DNA of 64,000 nucleotides, from the IMG/VR virus record IMGVR_UViG_3300023055_000005. One strand, given 5' to 3'. The notes beneath the pieces were generated by a model. It worked only from the letters and a program-made list of their open reading frames with translations. It searched no databases and had not been told where the DNA came from. Positions within the stretch are counted from its first letter, which is position 1; the number at the start of each line of letters is the position of its first letter. Source of the stretch: a virus. Lineage: Duplodnaviria; Caudoviricetes. Shown in pieces: positions 27,229 to 36,195 of the stretch. The position numbers were made by a program, and so were the translations under genes.

Positions 27229-28071
27229 ATGAACATCATCCAAAGAAAGTTGGAAGAGCGTGAGCTGGGGCAGATTCCGGTTTCGATCGGAACCTCCCTT
27301 GCACTGGAGGGCGCCTTCGGGATCTACCCGGAAAACCCCGTCAGTCCTCCGCCGATCCACTCGGTGAGGCGTGTGTACATCAACGTGCGCACGCTGATCC
27401 GCAATGTGATCAATGGGCTGGATGCAGATGGCAAGGATCTGGTGACAGCCTCACCGATCTTTGACATCGTGGCTGAGGAGATGGAAATCATCTCAGCTGC
27501 AATCTCGCGTCAAGGCAATGCCAACAACAGCGTGGTCTTCTACGCGCCGTCGTACATCAGCCTGGCACGGAAGTTCAGGTTCGCCAAACTCTGGGAACCC
27601 AAGACCCCTCGACAGATTGCGCTGTTTGCAATTGAAGAGGCAGTCACCAAGCAGATTGCCAAGGAAGTGCGTACGGTCTCCATCTTGCACATGGACACCG
27701 ACTTCCCCAACAACCTGCCGGAGAGCTTCCTGCTCACCCATTACCCGGTGGACCTGCTCTCCCGGTACAGTTTCAAACGTGTTGATCTGCTGGAGTCTCA
27801 CACCGGTAAGATCAAGCCGTTCTCGCAGTGGTTCACCAAGCTCGGCGGAAGTAAGGAGTTCACCAACATCCCCTTCAACCGGCTGACACTGCAAGTGTTC
27901 GGCGATGGCAGCAATCACTTCCTCTCGGGTCCGAACCCGTGGAAGAAAGCGGTCTTGGAGTTGGCGGCAGACCGTAACTGGACACCTGTCACCACTCCCG
28001 AACTGGTGGTCGATTCCATCAGGCGGTACAAAGATCCGCTCATCAAAGGTCAGCTACTTTCCCTTCTGTAA
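27229..28071 (+). CDS. 5'-3' exonuclease / RNase H (PIN/FEN-like) protein
   Basis: GQIPVSIGTSLALEG, INVRTLIRN, LLTHYPVDLL, LLESHTG and LQVFGD. Conserved gene preceding chmC. Confidence 0.72.
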   Translation: MNIIQRKLEERELGQIPVSIGTSLALEGAFGIYPENPVSPPPIHSVRRVYINVRTLIRNVINGLDADGKDLVTASPIFDIVAEEMEIISAAISRQGNANNSVVFYAPSYISLARKFRFAKLWEPKTPRQIALFAIEEAVTKQIAKEVRTVSILHMDTDFPNNLPESFLLTHYPVDLLSRYSFKRVDLLESHTGKIKPFSQWFTKLGGSKEFTNIPFNRLTLQVFGDGSNHFLSGPNPWKKAVLELAADRNWTPVTTPELVVDSIRRYKDPLIKGQLLSLL

Positions 28072-28129
28072 TAACTGACGGGAGTAGCAGATAAAATGTA
28101 CAACGCACTGCACGGGAAATAAGACCAAA

Positions 28130-28897
28130 ATGGCTTACGGAAACAACAACCAGAGCAACCAGCCGAAGGTGGCGCCGAACATCCTGAACGACTGGGATCT
28201 TCGCATGATCGGCGACCCGCAGCAGGGTGCCAAGAAGCCGCCGGCTCTGAACTGGCGTCTGAGCAACACCAAGTCCGGCACCAAGGCCGTCATGCAGGTC
28301 CGCACCAATGTACCCGGTGCCAAGGACGACGGCCTGATCTCGGCGCAGTTCAACACCCGTGACTTCTTCGGCGGTTTCCTGGGCATGTTCAAGCGCCTGG
28401 AGAAGCTGGAAGCCGGCAAGCAGCTGGTGATGGGCAACAACCGCTTCTTCAACGGCAAGCAGAACACCGTCTCCAAGACCATCCTGGGCAAGGAAGCGGA
28501 CGGCGCCTGCTACATCGGCCTGGTGGCCCGTGATCAGGCCAACGTGAAGTTCTACTTCGGCCCGAGCGAGAACCACTTCCTGACCTACGCCGACGGCACT
28601 CCGCTGTCGAAGGAAGAAGTCAGCCTGATGTACGCCGGCCAGTACGCCGAAATGCTGCTGCACTTCCTGGGCAACCTGCTGACCTCGGCCTACGTTCCGC
28701 CGCCGCCGCGTGATGGTGGCTTCCAGGGCGGTGGCGGTGGCGGTGGTGGTTACGGCGGTGGCAACCGCGGTGGCCAGGGTGGCGGTGGTGGTGGCGGCTA
28801 CGGTGGTGGCGGTGGGGCTGGCTTCCAGTCCAACGGCGGCTCCGGTGGTGGCTTCGACGCAGGCTTCGGTGGCGACGACCTGCCGGAAAACTTCTAA
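28130..28897 (+). CDS. chmC: ChmC-like nucleus-associated RNA-binding protein with Gly-rich tail
   Basis: Directly upstream of the gp68-like and PicA genes. About 190-aa beta-rich core, PPPP linker, GGG/RGG disordered tail ending FGGDDLPENF. Strong codon bias. Confidence 0.75.
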   Translation: MAYGNNNQSNQPKVAPNILNDWDLRMIGDPQQGAKKPPALNWRLSNTKSGTKAVMQVRTNVPGAKDDGLISAQFNTRDFFGGFLGMFKRLEKLEAGKQLVMGNNRFFNGKQNTVSKTILGKEADGACYIGLVARDQANVKFYFGPSENHFLTYADGTPLSKEEVSLMYAGQYAEMLLHFLGNLLTSAYVPPPPRDGGFQGGGGGGGGYGGGNRGGQGGGGGGGYGGGGGAGFQSNGGSGGGFDAGFGGDDLPENF

Positions 28898-28927
28898 GCG
28901 GCCGGATGCCGTAGACATACCGACATA

Positions 28928-28957
28928 TGGACACGGGAGCATCTGCTCCCGTGTCCA
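28928..28957 (+). terminator. Hairpin after chmC
   Basis: Perfect 13-bp stem TGGACACGGGAGC-atct-GCTCCCGTGTCCA. Confidence 0.75.
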
Positions 28958-28975
28958 GTCTACCCCTGTCAACTG

Positions 28976-28999
28976 AAAAAAAGTTCAGCCATACATTAC
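28976..28999 (+). promoter_or_regulatory. Early-type promoter candidate upstream of the gp68-like gene
   Basis: AAAAAAAGTTCAGCCATACATTAC with core TACATTAC. Confidence 0.55.
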
Positions 29000-29036
29000 C
29001 CATATGGCGCCCTACAAATAAGACAGGAACGCAGCA

Positions 29037-30578
29037 ATGAAAATTGAAATCTCCAGAGAGTCGGGAAGTGGTGGCGTGATCGAGGTTACTCTCAGTCACG
29101 GCAACTACGAGCCGACCACCTGGAACACGAGCATGCACGACCGGACCAAGATCAAGGACCGACCGGCACTGTTCAAACATCTCAACGCGTACTGGGCACA
29201 TTTGCCCGAAGAAAAGCAGGAACAGATCTGGCACATCTACGAGACCATGCGGATGACCTTCGCCAAGGTCTTCGACGACAGCCTGCTGCCCCTGCTGCTG
29301 AAACAGATCCGCGAGCTGTTCGACGTCATGACTCCGGAAGATCTCTCCAAGTGGATGAGTCTGCGAGGCAACGCTGGTATCCCCAGTGCCATCTCCGACG
29401 CCTACACCGAGGAAGGTCGCTATGGGAGCATCAAGCGCTTCCATGACCGGACCTGCCTGCGTCCTGACTACCGCAACTTCATCTACACCGCTTTGGCATT
29501 GCGTTCGCTGATGCCGGTGTTCGGTGAATACATCTCCCGTACCGAGAAGATCAATGGCGCGGTCTTCAAGGAGATGATGGCACTGCCGCTGATCAGCGGA
29601 AGCCAGTTGTGGGACATGCCGGGCGTGCAGTGGTTGATCAAGTACGTCGATGCAACGCTGGAGCAGGAGAAGCCTTCTGACTCGGCAATCATCGGCGGTA
29701 TCGGTCCATCGGAACGACCGGACTGGCTGCTGGCCAAGATCTTGATCCGTCGCCTCACCACCGAAGAGTTCCCGGTGAATGGCGATGACAACAACATCAT
29801 GATCAACATCTACCACGTCGTACGCAACTCGTTGAAGAACGAGCACAAGAGCTTGATGGGTCCGATCACCAGCAAGTTCCGCAACGACAGCGACATGGGC
29901 GATGATCAAGAGCGCATCTCCCGGTACGAGCAGTACAAGGAACGCACTAATCTCTCCCAAGGTGACATGGCGCCCAATCGCATCTGGATCGAAGACTACG
30001 TCGCAGCCGCTCAGCGACTGGACCCGACGATCGACCAGGCGATGGTGGAGACCTGCGTCAGCTACGCACGCAAGCAGGATATCACGGTGATCTCCGAGCA
30101 CACCATGGTCCTGATCAAGTACGTGCTGGATCCGGCCGTATCCTCCAAGAGCATTGATCCGCTCTTGCTGCCCACTACTCTGGTAGCGGCAGGCGTTACC
30201 CAAGCACTGCTGTGGCATTGGGGCTTCTTCGATCTGGCCGGCATCGTTACCGCCCGTCGTTTCGAGGTTCCCGAAGATGCAATGGCTTCTGGTCCTGAGC
30301 AACGTAACCGAGTCCCCAAGGACTTGGCCGAGGACTTGACTCGACTGTATCCCCACTATGTAACCCCGAAGGGTGGGCGACCGCAGACCGAGCGAAAGAA
30401 GAACATGGCATACATCGCCATCGATCTCATGGCAAACCTGATGTTCGGCGCAGAATGGACTCTGACCTGTCCGCCGGCGTTGGCCAAACAGACCAACCGT
30501 ATCACCAATGACAGGATGGTCGCACCAGCGGACCTGAGAGAACAGCTGGCAAGACTCATCATCGAACGTATCGCGTAA
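29037..30578 (+). CDS. Non-virion RNAP promoter-specificity subunit (phiKZ gp68-like)
   Basis: 513 aa. LFKHLNAYW, TCLRPDY..FI..ALALR...PVFGEYI and S.GD motifs. Position between chmC and picA. Confidence 0.8.
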   Translation: MKIEISRESGSGGVIEVTLSHGNYEPTTWNTSMHDRTKIKDRPALFKHLNAYWAHLPEEKQEQIWHIYETMRMTFAKVFDDSLLPLLLKQIRELFDVMTPEDLSKWMSLRGNAGIPSAISDAYTEEGRYGSIKRFHDRTCLRPDYRNFIYTALALRSLMPVFGEYISRTEKINGAVFKEMMALPLISGSQLWDMPGVQWLIKYVDATLEQEKPSDSAIIGGIGPSERPDWLLAKILIRRLTTEEFPVNGDDNNIMINIYHVVRNSLKNEHKSLMGPITSKFRNDSDMGDDQERISRYEQYKERTNLSQGDMAPNRIWIEDYVAAAQRLDPTIDQAMVETCVSYARKQDITVISEHTMVLIKYVLDPAVSSKSIDPLLLPTTLVAAGVTQALLWHWGFFDLAGIVTARRFEVPEDAMASGPEQRNRVPKDLAEDLTRLYPHYVTPKGGRPQTERKKNMAYIAIDLMANLMFGAEWTLTCPPALAKQTNRITNDRMVAPADLREQLARLIIERIA

Positions 30579-30596
30579 CGGAGTAAAGACAAGAGC

Positions 30597-32177
30597 ATGG
30601 CACGCAAAACTCGCATCATCCAACTTCTGTTCCGGGAGACTGGAACCTACCAGACGATGCAGGCACGTCCCTACGTCGCCGAGATTGACGGACACGACCT
30701 GATCAGTTTCGCTGAACGCACCGATGACGGTTCGAACTTCAGCCGCGAAGCATTGGCCGGACTGGCTGGTAGCATCCTCTCACCGCAGGCCCACAGCGCT
30801 GGCGAAGTTGACATCGCCGGTGGTTACGGCAACAAGCGCTACCGCTTCATCATGGAAGTCAGCCATGAAGATCGCTTCGGCGGTGGACACCGTCAGGTGT
30901 TCTCGGGTTACACCGACTACATGGGTGCCGACTCCCGCACCCGCCGTGGCGATCAGGTTTCCATCGACCGGAACATGAAGCTGTACCTCAACAGCGTCAT
31001 GACCATCCGCGACGTGGTGGACCACAGCAGCAATCGTCGCGACACCATGTCCACGGTGTTCGAGAACTCCCACATCCTGTCGGGCCTTTACAAGCCGAGC
31101 CTGCGACAGGACGAAGGTTCCATGGACGTGCGCATGCGGCCGGAAGACGTCTTCGCTTCGATGACGTTCAGTTCGTTCAAGTCCTCCCGCCGTTCCACCA
31201 ACGACGTGGTGCACGACACGCGAACCTCCTTCGCCGACGGCATCTGCAAGTCGCGCCGTTCCAACTCGACCGCTGCCAACTACCTGAGTGACCTGTTGAC
31301 CACCTACAGTCGCACGACGGACAACATGCAGTACGAGAACACCGATCGTTACAAGAAGCTGGAATCGGCTCGCGGCGCCATCGCCGAGAACTACATCACG
31401 GATGACCTGTTCCTGGGTCCGCTGTACCGTGAGACCAGCCTGAAGACCGGCAACTGGATCACCTTCCAGGAACTGATCGACATCGATCCGGACGTGGAGC
31501 GCGATGAAGTCACCCAGGTTCACCACAGCAAGGTGATCCATCGTGACAGCACCCGCCTGCGTGATCGCAACGACGACCAGGATGACTGGGCCGACGTCAA
31601 CAACGAGACCGTGGCAGCAACCATGCTGTCGCACGCGGTCCCGGCGATCATGATGGACCTCACGCTGACCCAGGTGGCGTTCATTGCTACCAACCGTACC
31701 CGTGACAACCGTCCCGAAGTGCACCCGACCGGCGGCCGCATGTTCAGCAAGCATGTGGACAAGGTTCCCGAGAAGGTCATGAACGTCTTCCTGAACCGCC
31801 TGGAAGATGAAGTGCTGCGCGACATCTCCAACCGTGGTCGTATCGACTACGACATGGAAGTGCGCGTGAACGTGTTCGGCGACTCGATCATCAAGATCTC
31901 CCTGCTGGGCGGTCGACATCACGAGTTCGTTGTACCGTCCTTCAGCGATGCCGGCTTCGTGCCGGTGCTGGCCCGTAGCAGCAGTGCTCTGGCCAGCCTC
32001 GCCCAGGAACTGACGGAGCTTACCTCCACCGTCGATGCCAATGCAGCGGCACGTAACAACTTCAGGTCGAACTTCATGGGCACCCGTGATGACGACACCA
32101 TCGACGATCGACCCACCAATAGCGGCCGTAGCCGCTGGACCGAGAATGACCGCAATGACGCTGATTCCGTTCTATAG
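30597..32177 (+). CDS. picA: PicA/Imp1 nuclear protein-import factor (phiKZ gp69-like)
   Basis: N-terminal I.QLLF.ETGTYQ.M..RPY, GGY...RYRF.MEV, MRPEDVF and KSRRSN.....YLS. Located immediately after the gp68-like gene. Confidence 0.82.
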   Translation: MARKTRIIQLLFRETGTYQTMQARPYVAEIDGHDLISFAERTDDGSNFSREALAGLAGSILSPQAHSAGEVDIAGGYGNKRYRFIMEVSHEDRFGGGHRQVFSGYTDYMGADSRTRRGDQVSIDRNMKLYLNSVMTIRDVVDHSSNRRDTMSTVFENSHILSGLYKPSLRQDEGSMDVRMRPEDVFASMTFSSFKSSRRSTNDVVHDTRTSFADGICKSRRSNSTAANYLSDLLTTYSRTTDNMQYENTDRYKKLESARGAIAENYITDDLFLGPLYRETSLKTGNWITFQELIDIDPDVERDEVTQVHHSKVIHRDSTRLRDRNDDQDDWADVNNETVAATMLSHAVPAIMMDLTLTQVAFIATNRTRDNRPEVHPTGGRMFSKHVDKVPEKVMNVFLNRLEDEVLRDISNRGRIDYDMEVRVNVFGDSIIKISLLGGRHHEFVVPSFSDAGFVPVLARSSSALASLAQELTELTSTVDANAAARNNFRSNFMGTRDDDTIDDRPTNSGRSRWTENDRNDADSVL

Positions 32178-33573
32178 TTCCTTGCTCGATTCGCTCAACG
32201 TTGTACAGAGCGATGATGGCAAGCTTTCCCTGCTCGTCGGCAACGAAGAGCGCCCGCTGCTGATCAGCGGCAAACGTGCGGCCATGCCGATCGCTGAAGT
32301 GCTGCGTGGCGGCATCGATGATGGCGTCGTGGTATTCCATCCGCTGTCGGAGAAGATCTTCCGCGGCGAATCGGAAGTCCTGAAGAAGCTGAAGGAGCTG
32401 GTGACCCTGCGACTGGGCACCGCTCTGACGCTGACGATGGCGCACATCCTGGACATCGCCGCAGAACCCGAGCAGCACAAGAAGCTGCCGCCGCAGGCCA
32501 TCAAGCTGCTGCGCAACCTGCCCGACGCTGACGACAAGTTGGTCAAGACCTTCGAGAAGATCACCGAGACCTTCGCCGAGCACAAGGAGCACCGGCCGTT
32601 CAAGCTGTTCCTGCGCAAGAGCGGCGTGATCGGTGATACCACCTACAGCCGTGTGGCCAAGGTGGACTTCCCGTACATCGACCAGATCGATCTGGAAAAG
32701 ACCGACCTGTTCGGCTTGAAGGTCCGCAAGCGTGATCCGAAGGCGCTGTTCAACCTGATGGATATCGTGGTGCCTGGCTGCGCGGTGCCCAACACCTACA
32801 GCTACGGCAGCAACGCGCTGATCGCTCCCAACTTCGATGCCCTGATGCGTGCCTACCACAAGGTGGCCAAGCAGATCAACGAAGTCAGCGAGCTGTTCCG
32901 CGACAAGAACGAGGAAGTCAATGAGCTGTACATCGACCTGAGCTGGTTCGATGGCATGGACGACCTCGACAACCTTGCCGTGCAGGTGCCCTCGATGTCG
33001 GGCAACGAAGGCAACGTGGCCATCGAAGAACGTGCACCGGGTGATGACAAGGAACGCGAGAAGCCGGTCGAACCGGAACGCGTGCCGGAAACCCGCCGCA
33101 ACGAAGAACGCGACGATCGTGATGATCGACGTGATCCGCTGCGTGACAACCGTGGTGACCGCGAGTTCTCCGAATCGCGCGATCGCTACCGTCGTGAACG
33201 TGATGAAAGCCGTGGCCGTGATCGTGACCGTCGTGATGACGAACGCGAACCGGCCCGTAGCAGTCTCACCGACCGCTACACCGGCAAGGCGGATAGCGCC
33301 CCTTTCCGCGACTCGTCGTCGTCCAGGGATCGCGACGATTCGAGGTACGGAAGCCGGCGCGATGGCTCCTCCGAGCGCGCTGGATATCATCAGAGGCCTC
33401 GGAATGGCTGGCGTTCTGATGATCGCGACGATCGTGGTCGTGATCGTGACTACCACTACCGCGGTGAGCGCGATCGCGATGATCGTGATGACCGTCGTAG
33501 CAGTCGGCGTGACCGTGATGACCGTTACGACCGCGATGACCGCGGCCGTGGACGTCGTGACCGTCGCTACTGA
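32155..33573 (+). CDS. Conserved gp70-like protein with a ~170-aa Arg/Asp-rich tail
   Basis: MTLIPFYSSLLDSL start overlapping the picA stop, FHPLSE...GES.VLKKL, YSYGS....P.F.ALM and NEGN. Low-complexity RD tail. Confidence 0.8.
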   Translation: MTLIPFYSSLLDSLNVVQSDDGKLSLLVGNEERPLLISGKRAAMPIAEVLRGGIDDGVVVFHPLSEKIFRGESEVLKKLKELVTLRLGTALTLTMAHILDIAAEPEQHKKLPPQAIKLLRNLPDADDKLVKTFEKITETFAEHKEHRPFKLFLRKSGVIGDTTYSRVAKVDFPYIDQIDLEKTDLFGLKVRKRDPKALFNLMDIVVPGCAVPNTYSYGSNALIAPNFDALMRAYHKVAKQINEVSELFRDKNEEVNELYIDLSWFDGMDDLDNLAVQVPSMSGNEGNVAIEERAPGDDKEREKPVEPERVPETRRNEERDDRDDRRDPLRDNRGDREFSESRDRYRRERDESRGRDRDRRDDEREPARSSLTDRYTGKADSAPFRDSSSSRDRDDSRYGSRRDGSSERAGYHQRPRNGWRSDDRDDRGRDRDYHYRGERDRDDRDDRRSSRRDRDDRYDRDDRGRGRRDRRY

Positions 33574-33626
33574 GTAACGGCATAGGCGGGGGGATAAACC
33601 CCCCCGCTTATTTTTTTGCCTTCGAC

Positions 33627-33986
33627 TCACTGGCCAGAGGTCATCAGAGTGCGCTTCTCGGTGATGTAGCGAGACCGCAGCTTCTCGATAACTTGAGAAG
33701 ACGGAACCCGCAGAACCGTTTCGGTCCCAAGGAAGTCTTCATTGCTGCGCATGTTGTTGACGCGCATGACAATGTGGTGCATGAAGCGTGGCACATCCAT
33801 GGCGGTGAGCAAGCCTGCCAGATCGCCTTCATTCTTCCACCCGTGACGTTCAGGCACAGGCATCAACGTCGTCGAGGCGTCCCGACGCAACAGCCCCAGG
33901 TGAGACTCAATCATCCGGATGAAGTCAGGGTCGTAGTAGATATCGAGCCCGTCGTCTCGTTTCGTTCTGCGTAGACTCGATTGCAT
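33627..33986 (-). CDS. Conserved small protein (LysM/baseplate gp53-like pattern)
   Basis: F...IESHL.LLR, EGDL.GLL....VP..MHHIVMRVN. Opposite strand between the gp70-like gene and RNAP beta, as in related phages. Confidence 0.65.
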   Translation of the reverse strand: MQSSLRRTKRDDGLDIYYDPDFIRMIESHLGLLRRDASTTLMPVPERHGWKNEGDLAGLLTAMDVPRFMHHIVMRVNNMRSNEDFLGTETVLRVPSSQVIEKLRSRYITEKRTLMTSGQ

Positions 33987-34000
33987 GACCGCTCCAAAAG

Positions 34001-34024
34001 AAAAAAGTACAAACCTATATCATT
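34001..34024 (+). promoter_or_regulatory. Early-type promoter candidate upstream of nvRNAP beta
   Basis: AAAAAAGTACAAACCTATATCAT aligns with the promoter set. Confidence 0.55.
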
Positions 34025-34078
34025 CATTAGCAGAAGAGATTTGAAGTCTGCATTCGCTAGGTTAACGGAGCACCAAGA

Positions 34079-36190
34079 ATGTCCGAGCATTCGCACGACT
34101 TTCACAACCCCAAAGGTCGTGAACAGTTGTCCCCGCAATTGCTGGGGTTGAGTTCGCTCAACAGCTTTCCCGCAGAAACATCATCCTCACGTGCGCAGAT
34201 GTGGACATCGCACATGGGGCAGACCCAGGTAGTAAAGGGAGCATGTCCGCCTGTAATTGCCACTGGCACGGAGTGGGATTACGGTCAGTACACCTTCAAC
34301 ATCAAGATGCCGTGCAATGCGATCATTCGCAAAGTCATTCCCAAATACAACACGCGCACGGTCGGTTACGAGTCCATCCGCGAGAACCCATCCACGCTGG
34401 TGATCTTCGAAGATGCCGACAGCCGCGCTGGCCGCATCGACTGCATCGAGATCCCCCGCCACTGCATCCACCATCAGCACTTCGGGTTCATCTATGTTCC
34501 CACGGCCGCTGAGAAGATGCTCTACGAAGGTGCAGCCATCGAGGAAGGCACGATCCTCGCAGACTCGCCCAACGTAGATGAGAACGGCGACTACAACTTC
34601 GGCATTGAGGCGCAGGTAGCCCTGATGTCGTTGCCGGGCGTCATCGAGGACGGCATCATCGTCAGCGAAGACTTCCTGGAGTCGATCACCTCAGTTGGCA
34701 TCGAGACCCGTACCTTCAGCTTCGGCAAGAAGCGTTTCCCGCTGAACATGTACGGCCGTGACTCCGGTGACTACCGTCCGTTCCCCGAGATCGGTCAGGC
34801 GGTTGCTGAAGATGGCATCGTGTGCGCACTGCGTGAGTACGATCCGATCCTTGCCCCGATCCACATGTCTCCCCAGGCACTGCGGACTCCGGATGCTCCC
34901 CACGATGACGTGATCTACGCACCGCCCGGTGCTATCGTGCGTGACATCCAGGTGTGGCATGACAACCGTCGTTCCTCGGCACCGCCGACTCCGGTGGGTA
35001 TGGAAGTACAGCCGGCACGCTATCACTCGGCGGCATCGCGCTATTACAAGGCGATCATCGACACCGTGGAAGGCGTGGAACGTGAGCGCAAGCGCGCAGG
35101 TCGTCCGTTCCAGTTGGGCGAGCGGCTGGAGGAAGTGATGGTCAAGGCCATCGCTGATGATCCCAGCAACGGCGGCGATCAGAAGATCACCTACACCTAC
35201 CGCAACGAACCGCTGGATGACTGGCGTGTCGAGATCACTCTGGAATATCCGGTGATCCCCGACATCGGTTCCAAGGCGACCGGGCAGGATGGTGACAAGG
35301 GCGTCTTCGTGGAAGTGCGCAAGCGTGAAGAAATGCCGGTGGACATGCACGGCAATCGCGCTGACATCGTCATGGATGCTGAGTCTGGCATCAAGCGCAT
35401 GAACATGGGCCGTCTGTACCGTCAGTACTTCGCATCGTCCTGCCTGTACCACACCGGCGTGGTGCGTGACATGTACGACAAGAAGGTGCCGATCGAAGAG
35501 ATCTGGGACTTCATGCTGGGCTACTACGCCATCTGCTCCCCGATCAAGCACCAGCTCCTGACCAGCGCAAGCTACCAGGGCACGCCCGAAGAGCACATCC
35601 GTTCCATCGTCAAGGATCAGATCCGTCTGACCATCCCGTGTGACAACCCGGCACGTTCCATCGACATGGTGCGTGAGCTGGAGAAAGCCTACCCGACGCC
35701 GTATGGTCCGGTGAGCTTCATCGGCAAGCGGGGCAACAAGATCACCACCAAGAACAAGGTGCGGATCGGCGGGCTGTATATCCTGGTGCTGGAAAAGACG
35801 GGTAACGACTGGGCAGCAGTATCGTCCGGCAAGACCAGCCACTTCGGGTTCCCGGCCAAGCGTACGCAGCGTGACCGCTACAGTGAACCGGGTCGTACCG
35901 GCTCCACTCGCGTGGGCGGTGAGGCGGAAGTCCGTCTGGGTGAAGCAATTGCCCAAGGTACGTTCGCTGAACTGATCGAGCAGTCCAACAGCCCGGTAAC
36001 GCACGGCAACATCGTGTTCAACATTCTGACCCACCCAACGCCGAGCAACATGGATACGGCAGTGGATCGGAACATTGCACCGCGCGGCCAAGGGCGCAAC
36101 CTGCGATTCCCGAAGCACATCTTCGGATGCTTCGGCTTCAGGATGATTCAGGTTGATCCCGAAACGGGTGAAACCCTCCAGCGTCTGTGA
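34079..36190 (+). CDS. rpoB: Non-virion RNA polymerase beta C-terminal subunit (gp71-73-like), uninterrupted
   Basis: SSRAQMWTSHMGQ, PGVIEDG, GSKATGQDGDKG, RMNMGRLY, LEKTG and RVGGEAE motifs. Confidence 0.92.
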   Translation: MSEHSHDFHNPKGREQLSPQLLGLSSLNSFPAETSSSRAQMWTSHMGQTQVVKGACPPVIATGTEWDYGQYTFNIKMPCNAIIRKVIPKYNTRTVGYESIRENPSTLVIFEDADSRAGRIDCIEIPRHCIHHQHFGFIYVPTAAEKMLYEGAAIEEGTILADSPNVDENGDYNFGIEAQVALMSLPGVIEDGIIVSEDFLESITSVGIETRTFSFGKKRFPLNMYGRDSGDYRPFPEIGQAVAEDGIVCALREYDPILAPIHMSPQALRTPDAPHDDVIYAPPGAIVRDIQVWHDNRRSSAPPTPVGMEVQPARYHSAASRYYKAIIDTVEGVERERKRAGRPFQLGERLEEVMVKAIADDPSNGGDQKITYTYRNEPLDDWRVEITLEYPVIPDIGSKATGQDGDKGVFVEVRKREEMPVDMHGNRADIVMDAESGIKRMNMGRLYRQYFASSCLYHTGVVRDMYDKKVPIEEIWDFMLGYYAICSPIKHQLLTSASYQGTPEEHIRSIVKDQIRLTIPCDNPARSIDMVRELEKAYPTPYGPVSFIGKRGNKITTKNKVRIGGLYILVLEKTGNDWAAVSSGKTSHFGFPAKRTQRDRYSEPGRTGSTRVGGEAEVRLGEAIAQGTFAELIEQSNSPVTHGNIVFNILTHPTPSNMDTAVDRNIAPRGQGRNLRFPKHIFGCFGFRMIQVDPETGETLQRL

Positions 36191-36195
36191 GGACT

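Noticed and set aside
28720-28870. GGT/GGC tandem repeats
   Set aside because: In-frame poly-Gly coding of the ChmC tail. No spacers, so not a CRISPR array or VNTR element.
33100-33570. Repeated CGTGAT/GACCGT hexamers
   Set aside because: Explained by Arg/Asp codons of the RD tail. Irregular, with no repeat-spacer structure.
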